Origin: Candidatus Gottesmanbacteria bacterium RIFCSPHIGHO2_01_FULL_40_15
Lineage (GTDB): Bacteria > Patescibacteriota > Microgenomatia > 2-02-FULL-39-11
Direction of reading: 5' to 3'
Length of the DNA stretch: 64,000 nt
Assembly: GCA_001779115.1 (NCBI GenBank)
Contig: MFJF01000015.1
Location: 22,491 to 86,490 of the forward strand
Of the stretch, positions 9,587 through 19,312 are shown piece after piece (the first letter of the stretch is position 1; each line of letters begins with the position of its first letter). The position numbers and the translations under genes were made by a program. The notes beneath the pieces were generated by a model that made no database searches, was not told the DNA's origin, and worked only from the letters and a program-made list of their open reading frames with translations.

Positions 9587-9988
9587 ATGATAATCAGATC
9601 AATCAACAAAATCAAAGAACAGCCGGCCGGCCATGAAAATAAGAAAAATCCCGGCTCCCTGAAAAAAATTATCTTTGACCGGAAAAATTTGCCGGGTCTT
9701 TATAAACCCCAAATGATTAATTGGGCCCGCATTCCCTCCGGAAGAAAATTTAGGCCGCATTACCATCAGGATATGACAGAAATCTTCATTATCCTAAAAG
9801 GCCGTGCCGGAATAACCGTAGACGGCAAATTTGCCCGCTTAAAAAAAGGTGATGCGGTTTTAATTGAGGAAATGAAAGAGCATGAAATGGAAAACACCGG
9901 AAAGCAGGATGTTGAATATCTCGTTATCGGTTTATCCCGCGGTGAAGGAGGGAAAACCGTCATCTCCGGGCAAAAAAATAATGAATAA
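9587..9988 (+). CDS. Cupin domain protein
   Basis: HYHQDMTEIF (motif 1) and GDAVLIEEMKEHEMEN (motif 2). Confidence 0.85.
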   Translation: MIIRSINKIKEQPAGHENKKNPGSLKKIIFDRKNLPGLYKPQMINWARIPSGRKFRPHYHQDMTEIFIILKGRAGITVDGKFARLKKGDAVLIEEMKEHEMENTGKQDVEYLVIGLSRGEGGKTVISGQKNNE

Positions 9989-11384
9989 AAAAAGCTTGGT
10001 CTTCTTTATCTTTCTGACATTTTCGGCTCTGACAGCTTTTTATTTATTCCGTAAGTCTTTAAACGGGTTCTTTTTCCAGGATGACTGGTTTTCACTTAAA
10101 ATCAGTTCGGTTAAAAACATTAGGGATGCCTTAAATATATTTGTTCCAAGGTCTGACGTGATTTATTACCGTCCTTTGGGAATGCAGTTGCCCTTTTATC
10201 TCTTAAGCTTGGGCGGTAAGATTAACCCCATCCCGTTTAAGGTACTTATAGCCGTGGTGCATTTTGCCAATATTTGTCTTCTAAGTCTTCTGATTCTGAA
10301 GTTAACCGGAAAAAAATTCAGTTCACTTTTGGTTTCATTTTTCTATTCCACTTCCCTGATTCATTTCACTATTTTTTGGTGGAGCGCCACTTTATCATTT
10401 ATTTTAACAACTTTCTTTTTGCTTATAGCCCTCATTTTATATTTAAAATATTTAACGGAAAAAAAATTTTGGTCTTATTTCTCAACCCTGTTATTTTTTA
10501 CCCTGGCTCTCTTAACCAATGAGATGGCGTTGATTTTTCCGGTGCTAACGCTGTTGCTGCTATGGCTGATTAAAAAAGGAAAGTTCTCATATTTGGGGGT
10601 TGTTCCCTTTATAATTTTACCGGTAATACTTTTTTCAGCCCGATTTCTGTATTTTCCGCCGCCGATATCCGGGGATTACCGGCTGGTTATCGACAGGGGA
10701 CTGATTATTAATCTGAGGGATTACTTCCTCTGGAGTTTTAATTGGCCAGAAGAAATGAAAGGACAATTCGTTAAATTTTTTGCAGTCAATCCTCTTTTTA
10801 TCAGCGGTTTTAAACCTTATTTTTTGGCATTTGTTGTAACACTTTTTATTAATTTGTCTTTCCTTTTTTTAATTCCCTTTCTTTATCTTCTGATTTCCGG
10901 GAATTTAATACCCTTCCGGATGATTATATTCGGAGCTGGTTTATTTCTGGCGGGTTTATTGCCGGTTATACTTTTCGGCCGGCACACTTTTTCCTATTAT
11001 CTGACTCTTTCCCTGATCGGACTGCTTCTTATAACCTCCTCTCTGATTGAAGAGTTTTTCGCAAGTTTCGAAGGCAAATACAGACTTTTGGTTTTCTTTT
11101 ATTTGCTGGTAATTCTAACCAATTGGCTCTATTCGTCATTTATGGGCTTCGAGTTCAACATGAAAGTCCATTGGGCTCCCCGCCGATCGGATATTTCGCA
11201 AAAACTTATTTCTCATGCCGGAGGATTAAAACCGGCTGCCGGGCAAACAGTAATTATTTCGGTAAATAATAATCCTGAAGTGAAACTGGCTTTAAACAAT
11301 CAGGACGCGTTCCAAGTTTTGTTCGGCAGAAACGATATCATTACTGTTTATTCAGATAAAATCGAGGCCGATTTCAGATTATGA
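9981..11384 (+). CDS. GT-C-like polytopic membrane protein
   Basis: Start reassigned to ATG 9981 (MNKKSL). FFQDDW acidic pair after TM1, YYRPL, ALLTNEMA; many TM segments. Confidence 0.7.
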   Translation: MNKKSLVFFIFLTFSALTAFYLFRKSLNGFFFQDDWFSLKISSVKNIRDALNIFVPRSDVIYYRPLGMQLPFYLLSLGGKINPIPFKVLIAVVHFANICLLSLLILKLTGKKFSSLLVSFFYSTSLIHFTIFWWSATLSFILTTFFLLIALILYLKYLTEKKFWSYFSTLLFFTLALLTNEMALIFPVLTLLLLWLIKKGKFSYLGVVPFIILPVILFSARFLYFPPPISGDYRLVIDRGLIINLRDYFLWSFNWPEEMKGQFVKFFAVNPLFISGFKPYFLAFVVTLFINLSFLFLIPFLYLLISGNLIPFRMIIFGAGLFLAGLLPVILFGRHTFSYYLTLSLIGLLLITSSLIEEFFASFEGKYRLLVFFYLLVILTNWLYSSFMGFEFNMKVHWAPRRSDISQKLISHAGGLKPAAGQTVIISVNNNPEVKLALNNQDAFQVLFGRNDIITVYSDKIEADFRL

Positions 11385-12529
11385 AGAAAACTATTGTAGT
11401 ACTAGCAATTGTTATTACTTCGCTGCATTTAATAAATTTCTGGCATATAAATCTGGAAAGGTTAAAAAGACCCTTTGATCCGGATTACTTTTCCGGACTT
11501 TATTCAACTTCCCAATATGTTTTGGGAGAAAAATCAAAAGGAGGTATCGGTGATGACGGACTTTATGCTTTTGCCGGCTATTATTACTTTTTCCAACAGG
11601 GAGATGTCAGTGCGGTAAACTTTGAACACCCGCCTTTGGGGAAATATCTAATTGGACTTTCAATTTTTCTTTTTAACAACGAAATTATAATCGGAATTAT
11701 ATATTTTATTTTTCTTCTTATCACGGTTTATAAATTAAGCGGTTTACTGATAAGTGATAAATATCTTTCCCTTCTTCCCCCGATTCTGATTTCATGGGAT
11801 CCGCTCTTTCTCGATCACACAATAAGATCCCAGCTTGACCTTCCCTTCTCGTTGTTTTTCGTCACGGCTGTTTATTTTTTTCTTCTGATTTTTAAAAATA
11901 ATACCGGTATATATCTTTCCCAATTATTTTGGGCCTTGGCGTTTAGCGTCCGTTTTTTCCCGTTTCTTATTATTTTGGAAATTTATATGGCAATTATTAC
12001 ATTTTTTGTCGGCCGCAGGTTTTTACTCCGGTTTCTTCTGTCGTCACTTTTAACTCCGGTTATATACCTTGTAACCCATACCGTTTTTTTTATTTACCAT
12101 CCGTCACTGGTGGAATTTCTCAGGCATAAAAAATGGATGCTCGCCTGGTTTACCGGAACTCCGGTTAAATTCGGCAATATCTTAAGAAACATTTTTACCG
12201 GAAGGCTTCTTGATACGCTTGATAATTCGGTTGTCAATAACCTGTGGACTCCGATGCAGCCGGTAATTTTAGTTTTGGCACTGCTTTGTCCGTGTCAATT
12301 TCATCGGCGGAATAATTCAATTAGCGTAAAATTTTCCCCGTATTTTGTTCTATTAGGTTTTGTAATCTTATATTTCCTTTATACCGTAATTTTAACCGGC
12401 GGCCAGGCGAAATTTATCATGCCTGTATTTCCGCTGATGGCGGTTCTGGCGGTAAAGAATGCGGCAGATCTCTATAGTATAATACTGCCATGGATCAGGG
12501 CGCGCTTGAGGCATTCAAAAACAAAGTAG
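11381..12529 (+). CDS. PMT-like (GT-C) membrane glycosyltransferase
   Basis: GDDGLY followed by NFEHPPLGKY, matching the PMT-type HPPLGK loop; multiple TM segments. Confidence 0.7.
   Translation: MKKTIVVLAIVITSLHLINFWHINLERLKRPFDPDYFSGLYSTSQYVLGEKSKGGIGDDGLYAFAGYYYFFQQGDVSAVNFEHPPLGKYLIGLSIFLFNNEIIIGIIYFIFLLITVYKLSGLLISDKYLSLLPPILISWDPLFLDHTIRSQLDLPFSLFFVTAVYFFLLIFKNNTGIYLSQLFWALAFSVRFFPFLIILEIYMAIITFFVGRRFLLRFLLSSLLTPVIYLVTHTVFFIYHPSLVEFLRHKKWMLAWFTGTPVKFGNILRNIFTGRLLDTLDNSVVNNLWTPMQPVILVLALLCPCQFHRRNNSISVKFSPYFVLLGFVILYFLYTVILTGGQAKFIMPVFPLMAVLAVKNAADLYSIILPWIRARLRHSKTK
12478..12483 (+). promoter_or_regulatory. -10 box TATAAT 6 nt upstream of flippase ATG (putative leaderless promoter)
   Basis: TAGTATAAT-ACTGCC-ATG(12490), inside the 3' end of the upstream CDS. 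Confidence 0.5.
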
Positions 12530-13935
12530 TCGGCGGCGTTTTGGCCTTAACTACACGGACTTTCATCCTCCAGATAATATCATTTACTGCTACTTTTATT
12601 CTGACCATATTGCTGTCTCCTGAAATATTCGGGATTTTTTTTGTTGTTTCAGCCGTAATTTCCTTTCTTACCTATTTTTCCGATATCGGACTGGCAGCGG
12701 CTCTTATACAGAAAAAGGATGAGCCTGTCAGAAGCGAACTGGTGTCCGTTTTTACTTTACAGCAGGTGATAGTAACCCTAGTAGTCGCAGTCTCTTTTTT
12801 AAATGTTTCGCTAATTTCCCGTTTTTATAAATTATCCGGGGATGGTACTTTTCTTTTCCAGGCTCTTTTAGTTTCTTTTTTTCTTTCTTCTTTAAAGACC
12901 ATACCCTCAATTCTTCTGGAACGTAAACTGGATTTTTCCCTTTTGGTAGTCCCTCAGATTCTTGAAAATCTGGCTTTTTACCTAACGGCCGTAATTCTGG
13001 CGCTTTTGAATTTGGGTATTGCCAGTTTCGCCTGGGCAGCTTTGATCAGAGGCATTGTCGGTTTGATTGCCATTTATTCAGTTTCTCCATGGGTTCCGGG
13101 TCTTGGTTTTTCCTATTCCTCGGTGAGACACCTGATTACTTTTGGAATTCCTTTCCAGGCTAATTCTCTTCTGGCACTCGTTAAGGATGATCTTCTTACA
13201 TTATATTTGGGCAAAATACTGCCTTTTTCCTTTATCGGCTATCTTGGCTGGGCAAAAAAATGGGCTGAAATTCCTCTCAGGCTTATTATGGACAGTGCCG
13301 TCAGGGTCACTTTCCCGGCCTTTTCAAGAATCCAAAAAGAAACCGCCTTATTGAAAAAAGCCATTGACAAAACCGTATTTTTTCTGGCGCTTTTGATTCT
13401 GCCGGTATCGGTTCTTTTGATTGTCTATATTAAACCGGCCATCGGAATAATTCCTAAATATCAGAAATGGGAGCCGGCTTTACCGGCTTTTTATCTTTTT
13501 TCACTTTCTGCTGTCCTGGCGTCCTTTTCCAGTCCGATTGTTAACGCGCTTAATGCTTTGGGGAAAATTAGAAAAACCTTAGGTCTGATGTTACTCTGGA
13601 CTGTAATGACCTGGATGCTGGTACCGGTTCTGACAAATCTTATCGGCTATAACGGTTGGCCGATTTCAGCCCTTCTTATTTCCTCCACTCTATTCCTGCC
13701 TGTGTCAATGTTAAAAAAGTATGTCAGTTTTGATTTTTGGAAAAATCTGAAAACCCCCCTGGTCTTAACTTTGGTAATGTTCCTGTTTTCGTTTATGACA
13801 ATGTCTTTTGTATATAATATTTATACTCTGGTTGCTTTAATTTCTGCCTCCCTCCTTTTATACTTGCTTTTATGTTTTTATTTTCTTAAAAAAGACATCT
13901 TGCCTTTTCTTCCGGAGTTTCTAAAACGTGTTTGA
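12490..13935 (+). CDS. Wzx/RfbX-type oligosaccharide flippase (MOP superfamily)
   Basis: LLSPEIFGIF, FSDIGLAAALIQKK, LLERKLDF, RVTFPAFSRIQ; about 13 TM segments. Confidence 0.9.
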   Translation: MDQGALEAFKNKVVGGVLALTTRTFILQIISFTATFILTILLSPEIFGIFFVVSAVISFLTYFSDIGLAAALIQKKDEPVRSELVSVFTLQQVIVTLVVAVSFLNVSLISRFYKLSGDGTFLFQALLVSFFLSSLKTIPSILLERKLDFSLLVVPQILENLAFYLTAVILALLNLGIASFAWAALIRGIVGLIAIYSVSPWVPGLGFSYSSVRHLITFGIPFQANSLLALVKDDLLTLYLGKILPFSFIGYLGWAKKWAEIPLRLIMDSAVRVTFPAFSRIQKETALLKKAIDKTVFFLALLILPVSVLLIVYIKPAIGIIPKYQKWEPALPAFYLFSLSAVLASFSSPIVNALNALGKIRKTLGLMLLWTVMTWMLVPVLTNLIGYNGWPISALLISSTLFLPVSMLKKYVSFDFWKNLKTPLVLTLVMFLFSFMTMSFVYNIYTLVALISASLLLYLLLCFYFLKKDILPFLPEFLKRV

Positions 13936-15673
13936 TTTTAGTAAAACAGCCATAAACCGTGCTTTTTCTTTTCCGGCAACACTACTGATGCTGTTTTTGT
14001 GTTTGGGTATTTTCAGTTCATCCATGCCAAAGGCAGTGGCATCGCCCCGGTATATGCCATCTGCTTCTTATGTAAACATTGTAGTACCGTTAAGAAGCCG
14101 GGAATATTGGAAGGATTTCGGAAATGTTATTCCTCTGTTTGAATTCCTGAAAGAGGAAAAATTGCCCACAACTGTTCTTATCCAGTACTCCAATCTCCGT
14201 GATCCGCAGGTCCGAGATTATTTAAAAAGTCTTCCTGAAAATTTTGAATTGGGTTTGTTTTTGGAAGTAGATCAGGTTCTGGCAGATGATTCATTTGCTT
14301 CATATTATTTCGGCATGGATGACCGTTCCCACGCTAATCAGATATTCTTGTCAGGCTATAAAGTAAGTGAAAGGAAAAGAATGATTGATTCTGTTTTTAA
14401 CCGGTTTCGGGAAGTATTCGGATATTTCCCCGGATCTGCCGGAGCCTGGTATGTGGACGCTTTATCCCAAAATTACCTTAAGGATAAATACGGAGTTTCA
14501 GCGCTACTTGATGTTGCCGACCAGTTCCGGACGGATACTTACGGTCTTTGGGGTAAACCATGGGGAACTCCTTTTTTCCCGTCAAAAATAAATCCCCTGG
14601 TACCCTCAGCCGGTAAAAGTGATAATTCACAAATAGTTAAAATCCAGTGGGCAGCACGAGATCCTGTCAGGGGCTATGGCCTCAATGTCTTTGATTCAAC
14701 TTACAGCGTCCAGGCTAATGATTATATTAAAGGGCACCGGTTGGATACCGGTTATTTTACCCATTTAGCTGCCGCTTATCTTTTTTCAAAAAATTATGTT
14801 AACCAGTTAACCCTGGGACTTGAAGCAGGCCAGGAAGGGGCTTCATTTCTGGATGAATTCAGGCTCCAGATTGAAGCTATCCGGCAATTAAACAGTGTTA
14901 ACAGGATAACCTTTGTAACCATGAAGGAATTTGCCGGCATTTTCCGCCGGGCTTATTCAGTGCCTAAATGGAGTTGGGCTGTAGAATCTTCCGATTATTT
15001 TAACCGCCAAACTAAAGCTTACTGGATAAATTTCCCTTCCTATAGGGTTTTAATACTTTTTGAAAATAACGGTTTGATCCTAAAAGATCTCAGGGTTTAT
15101 GATAATGCCCGGTTTTGGGCTGATTTTTTCGATTCCGACCGAAATCGCGATTTAAAAAGAATTCTTCCTGCCTGTATTGACAGCCTTAATATGCACAATG
15201 AAATGCTTCTTGCTGCCGGAGTCGACAGTCCCGAATTGGTACGGATTGATAATTCAAATACATTCTATATTCAGTTTAGCACTGATAAAAAATCCGGACC
15301 GGAAAAATTGGTTTTTTCAAAAGACGGCATTTTTTCCGGTAATGAAAATATCTTCGACTCAGGCCGTTTGCTTGTTTCCGATAATTTTCTGACGGAATTT
15401 TTTATGGATTTGATGCACGTTTATCAGCTTAAAAAAAACCGATTTTATGGGAAAAATATCCGTTTATCCAAAATAAACGGTAACTTTTATTTCGGCTTGG
15501 AAATATCTCCCGGAAAATTATTGGCGTTGACAAGTTCTTATCCATTCGGAGGTATTTATGATTTCCCTTTTCAGATTCTTTCCAAATTTCATAGGCTTAA
15601 TATTATTGACAATCTTCAGCCGTATTTTCAAAGTTTTATTAATCCGCCCGTTAATTGTAAAATTAAACTGTGA
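13928..15673 (+). CDS. Exported protein of unknown function, possible deacetylase/glycoside-hydrolase barrel fold
   Basis: N-terminal hydrophobic signal, then a soluble domain with ELGLFLEV, ERKRMID..F..FGYFP..AGAW and LTLGLEAG. Confidence 0.45.
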   Translation: MFDFSKTAINRAFSFPATLLMLFLCLGIFSSSMPKAVASPRYMPSASYVNIVVPLRSREYWKDFGNVIPLFEFLKEEKLPTTVLIQYSNLRDPQVRDYLKSLPENFELGLFLEVDQVLADDSFASYYFGMDDRSHANQIFLSGYKVSERKRMIDSVFNRFREVFGYFPGSAGAWYVDALSQNYLKDKYGVSALLDVADQFRTDTYGLWGKPWGTPFFPSKINPLVPSAGKSDNSQIVKIQWAARDPVRGYGLNVFDSTYSVQANDYIKGHRLDTGYFTHLAAAYLFSKNYVNQLTLGLEAGQEGASFLDEFRLQIEAIRQLNSVNRITFVTMKEFAGIFRRAYSVPKWSWAVESSDYFNRQTKAYWINFPSYRVLILFENNGLILKDLRVYDNARFWADFFDSDRNRDLKRILPACIDSLNMHNEMLLAAGVDSPELVRIDNSNTFYIQFSTDKKSGPEKLVFSKDGIFSGNENIFDSGRLLVSDNFLTEFFMDLMHVYQLKKNRFYGKNIRLSKINGNFYFGLEISPGKLLALTSSYPFGGIYDFPFQILSKFHRLNIIDNLQPYFQSFINPPVNCKIKL

Positions 15674-16575
15674 TCAGTGCTGTCATACATACCTATAACG
15701 AAGAAGAAAATATTGACCGAAACCTGTCCTCCTTAACATGGGTTGATGAAATTATTCTGGTTGATATGGGTTCCAGGGATAAAACTTTGGAAATTGCCGG
15801 CCGGTATAAAACCAGAATTTTTGCTCACGCTTATACCGGCTACGTCGAACCTGCCAGAAATTTCGGAATCGGAAAAGCGAAAGGCGACTGGATCCTTATC
15901 ATAGATGCCGATGAGGAACTGCCTTGGTCTCTTTCCAAAAAAATCAGGCAACTGGAAAACATTCCGGATCAGGATATAACTTTCTACAGAATACCCAGGA
16001 AAAATGTTGTTTTCGGAAAATGGCTCAAACACTCCGGTTGGTGGCCGGATCACCAGATAAGATTTTTCAGAAAAGGCAGTGTTACCTGGGGTGATGAAAT
16101 TCACCGGGTACCGGTAACCCGGGGTATAGGCCGCGAGCTGGAAGACAGGGAAGAATTAGCAATCATTCACTACCATTACTCAACAATAGGCATGTACCTG
16201 AACCGGATAAACCGTTATTCCTCAATTCAGGCAAAAGAACTTTTTCTTAATAATAAAAAATTTACACCGGATTTGCTCATTTTCCCCCCGGTTAATGAAT
16301 TCGTCAAAAGGTTTTTTTTCCTGGAAGGTTATAAGGATGGACTTCACGGCCTGGCAGTTTCCCTGCTTCAGGCCTTTTCCGAACTTATTGTTTATTTAAA
16401 ACTTTGGGAATTATCGAAATTTTTTCAAATGCCCGTTTTACTTGACCGGGTTTACCGGAATAATAAAACGGTCGGCAGAATCTTTAATTACTGGCTTTAT
16501 AATGAACTTTTAAAAAAGCCAACCGGTTCTTTAAAAAGCCTTAAATGGCGTATTCTCCGTAAACTCAATTCATGA
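15670..16575 (+). CDS. GT2 glycosyltransferase (WaaE-like)
   Basis: HTYNEEENI, VDMGSRD, IDADEE, WWPDHQIRFF, GYKDGLHG. Confidence 0.9.
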   Translation: MISAVIHTYNEEENIDRNLSSLTWVDEIILVDMGSRDKTLEIAGRYKTRIFAHAYTGYVEPARNFGIGKAKGDWILIIDADEELPWSLSKKIRQLENIPDQDITFYRIPRKNVVFGKWLKHSGWWPDHQIRFFRKGSVTWGDEIHRVPVTRGIGRELEDREELAIIHYHYSTIGMYLNRINRYSSIQAKELFLNNKKFTPDLLIFPPVNEFVKRFFFLEGYKDGLHGLAVSLLQAFSELIVYLKLWELSKFFQMPVLLDRVYRNNKTVGRIFNYWLYNELLKKPTGSLKSLKWRILRKLNS

Positions 16576-17468
16576 ATAATATTTTCATTGTAATTGTCCA
16601 TTTCGGCAAACCCGAACTGACTCAGGATTGCCTCCGGTCAATTTATCAAAGCCCCCAAGCTACTTGGAGCACAATCATTATTAATAACAGTCCTGACTGC
16701 AATTTAAACGGCATCATTTCTCCGTTTCAAGGCGTTTCAACCGTTAATCCCGGGAAAAATCTCGGTTTTGCCGCCGCCAATAATTTGGGAATAAGAAGCG
16801 CTTTAAAAAAGGGCGCCCGGATATTAATCCTCCTTAATAACGATACAATTGCCGGTGAAAATCTTATCCCGATCCTGGCGGATTTTGCCGGTAAAAATCC
16901 TGACACCGGGATTGTTTCTCCGAAGATATATTTTGCCCCCGGGTACGAATACCACCCTGAAAGGTACGGAAAAAAAGATTTGGGTAAAGTTATTTGGTAT
17001 GCCGGAGGTGTGATTGACTGGAAAAACATGTACGCGTCCCATATCGGCGTGGATGAAGTGGACAACCCCGGTCTCAACCCTTCCCGGAAAACCGATTTTG
17101 CCACTGGCTGCTGCATGCTGATAAATAGGGAAGTTGTGGAAAAAACAGGATTGATCGATGAGAAGTATTTTCTGTATTATGAAGATGTTGCTTATTCGCA
17201 AAAAGCCATAAAATCAGGTTTTAAAGTTTCCTATTGCCCAAAAGCCCATCTTTGGCACAAAAATGCCCGGTCATCCGGCCCGGGTTCTTCAGTTCATATT
17301 TACTATCAGTCCAGAAACAGGCTTTATTTCGGTATGAAATATGCTCCCTGGAAAACAAAGATTGCTCTAGTCAGAGAAAGCCTCCGGAAATTGTCCGAAG
17401 GCGGTATTGAATCCGGGGCTGTTATTGACTTTTATATTGGCCGTATGGGAAAAGGCCGCCTGAAGTGA
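16572..17468 (+). CDS. GT2 glycosyltransferase (WbbL/rhamnosyltransferase-like)
   Basis: NLGFAAANNLG, LLNNDT, ATGCCMLI, YFLYYEDV. Confidence 0.9.
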   Translation: MNNIFIVIVHFGKPELTQDCLRSIYQSPQATWSTIIINNSPDCNLNGIISPFQGVSTVNPGKNLGFAAANNLGIRSALKKGARILILLNNDTIAGENLIPILADFAGKNPDTGIVSPKIYFAPGYEYHPERYGKKDLGKVIWYAGGVIDWKNMYASHIGVDEVDNPGLNPSRKTDFATGCCMLINREVVEKTGLIDEKYFLYYEDVAYSQKAIKSGFKVSYCPKAHLWHKNARSSGPGSSVHIYYQSRNRLYFGMKYAPWKTKIALVRESLRKLSEGGIESGAVIDFYIGRMGKGRLK

Positions 17469-17480
17469 TTGTTTGACTAA

Positions 17481-18248
17481 ATGAAAAAAACATTATCAGT
17501 AATTGTCATTGCCAAAAACGAAGAAAAAAACTTGCCGGAATGTCTTAAACGGCTCAAATTTGCCGGTGAAATAATACTTATTGACAACAATTCGACTGAC
17601 CGGACACATTGGGTTGCGAAAAAATTTAATGCCCGGATCTACAATTATGCCGGTATGGATTTTTCAAAAATGAGGATTTTGGGAGCCCGGTTAGGAAGCT
17701 TTAATTGGCTTTTATATATTGATGCCGATGAAAGAGTCACGGCTGAGCTCGCAAAGGAAATAAAAGAAAAACTTATAAGACCTCCTCAAAAAGCCGCTCC
17801 GGCAGCCTACAGTCTGATCCGCCGGAATTTCTATTTCAGACGGTCTTGGCCGGCAGGCGAAAATATTATCAGGCTTATAAAAAAAGACGCACTAATTGGA
17901 TGGTCCGGTCCGGTCCATGAAAGCCCGCGCATAAATGGTACGGTCAGCCGGTTGAAAAATCCGCTTCTCCATTACACGCACAATGATCTTTTTGACATGG
18001 TTGAAAAAACTAATCTCTGGTCGGAAACGGAAGCTGATTTGAGATATAAAAAAAATCACCCTGAGGTGGTCTGGTGGAGATTTTACCGGGTAATGCTGAC
18101 GGCGTTTTTTAATTATTTTATCAGGCAAAATGGATTTAGAGCCGGTGCCATCGGCTTGGTGGAGTCATTATTTCAGGCATTTAGTATTTTTATAACCTAT
18201 GCCAAGTTATGGGAACGCCAGATTTCCCCAAAAGCCAAAATTGCATGA
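17481..18248 (+). CDS. GT2 glycosyltransferase (WaaE-like)
   Basis: IAKNEEKNL, IDNNSTD, IDADER, VHE. Confidence 0.9.
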   Translation: MKKTLSVIVIAKNEEKNLPECLKRLKFAGEIILIDNNSTDRTHWVAKKFNARIYNYAGMDFSKMRILGARLGSFNWLLYIDADERVTAELAKEIKEKLIRPPQKAAPAAYSLIRRNFYFRRSWPAGENIIRLIKKDALIGWSGPVHESPRINGTVSRLKNPLLHYTHNDLFDMVEKTNLWSETEADLRYKKNHPEVVWWRFYRVMLTAFFNYFIRQNGFRAGAIGLVESLFQAFSIFITYAKLWERQISPKAKIA

Positions 18249-19312
18249 AAAAAAAGAAGATTCTGCTTTATAGTCCTTATCTGTCCACTCTGGGAGGCGG
18301 GGAAAGATATTTGTTCCAAATAGCCGCAGCTTTACAGAATGATCACCGGGTTACTTTGGCGGCGGATCCGGACATTAAAAAAAAAGCCGATAAATTTTTT
18401 TCCATTGATCTTAATAAAACGGAGATTATCCCGGTTAAATTATTCGTCAGCCAAAAGTTTATCTCCCGTTATTTTTTTACCAAACTTTACGACCTGGTTT
18501 TTTATGTCACTGACGGCAGTCTGATTTTTCCTTCAGCCAAAAAAAATTATCTCATTATCCAGTCACCAAATCATATCCCCCCCGATACTTTTCCCGTTAA
18601 ACTGAAACTGCCCGGTTGGAAGATTGTCTGTTACTCGGCTTTCATGAAAAATATCATATCCGGAAGGATTAACCGGAAGGCATATGTCCTTCCTCCGGCA
18701 GTTGATACCGTTCTTTTCAGTCAGGGGAACCGGAAAAAAGAAAAAATCATTCTTACTGTGGGTCGGATTTTTACCTCAGCCCTCCATGAAAAAAGACAGG
18801 ATTTCCTTATAAGTTTTTTCAAAAAAAATTACCGGAAACATTTTTCCGGTTGGCGGTTTATTATTTGCGGAAATGTAACGGAAGAGAGCGGCCAGAAAAC
18901 TTTTGAAAAAATGCAAATAAACATGAAAGGCGCGCCTGTTGAACTGCATAAAAATCTGCCTTTTTCCCGGCTTCTGACATTCTACCGCAAAGCAGCTGTT
19001 TATTGGCATGCCGCCGGATACGGTTCAGATGAAGAAACCAATCCTGAAAAAATGGAGCATTTCGGCATAACGACAATTGAGGCGATGGCGGCCGGTGCCG
19101 TACCGGTGGTATATGGAGCCGGAGGCCAAACGGAAATAATTGAAAATGGAAAATCAGGTTTTCTTTTTAAAGACGAGAGAATTTTTTTAAAGAGAAATAT
19201 TGAAATAATCACCAATCAAAATCTTTTAGACAAATTAAAAACCGGCGCCGTTAAAAAAGCAGCTGTCTACTCATTTGCCAATTTCCGTAAAAAAGTAAAT
19301 GAACTTATATAA
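18245..19312 (+). CDS. GT4 glycosyltransferase
   Basis: Start reassigned to ATG 18245. LGGGERY, TVGRIF..EKRQ, EHFGITTIEAMAAG. Confidence 0.9.
   Translation: MKKKKILLYSPYLSTLGGGERYLFQIAAALQNDHRVTLAADPDIKKKADKFFSIDLNKTEIIPVKLFVSQKFISRYFFTKLYDLVFYVTDGSLIFPSAKKNYLIIQSPNHIPPDTFPVKLKLPGWKIVCYSAFMKNIISGRINRKAYVLPPAVDTVLFSQGNRKKEKIILTVGRIFTSALHEKRQDFLISFFKKNYRKHFSGWRFIICGNVTEESGQKTFEKMQINMKGAPVELHKNLPFSRLLTFYRKAAVYWHAAGYGSDEETNPEKMEHFGITTIEAMAAGAVPVVYGAGGQTEIIENGKSGFLFKDERIFLKRNIEIITNQNLLDKLKTGAVKKAAVYSFANFRKKVNELI

Noticed and set aside
1412-18385. Poly-T/poly-A runs of 8-9 nt as phase-variation tracts
   Set aside because: Expected from Phe/Lys-rich codons in AT-rich membrane genes; all frames are intact and there are no long G/C tracts
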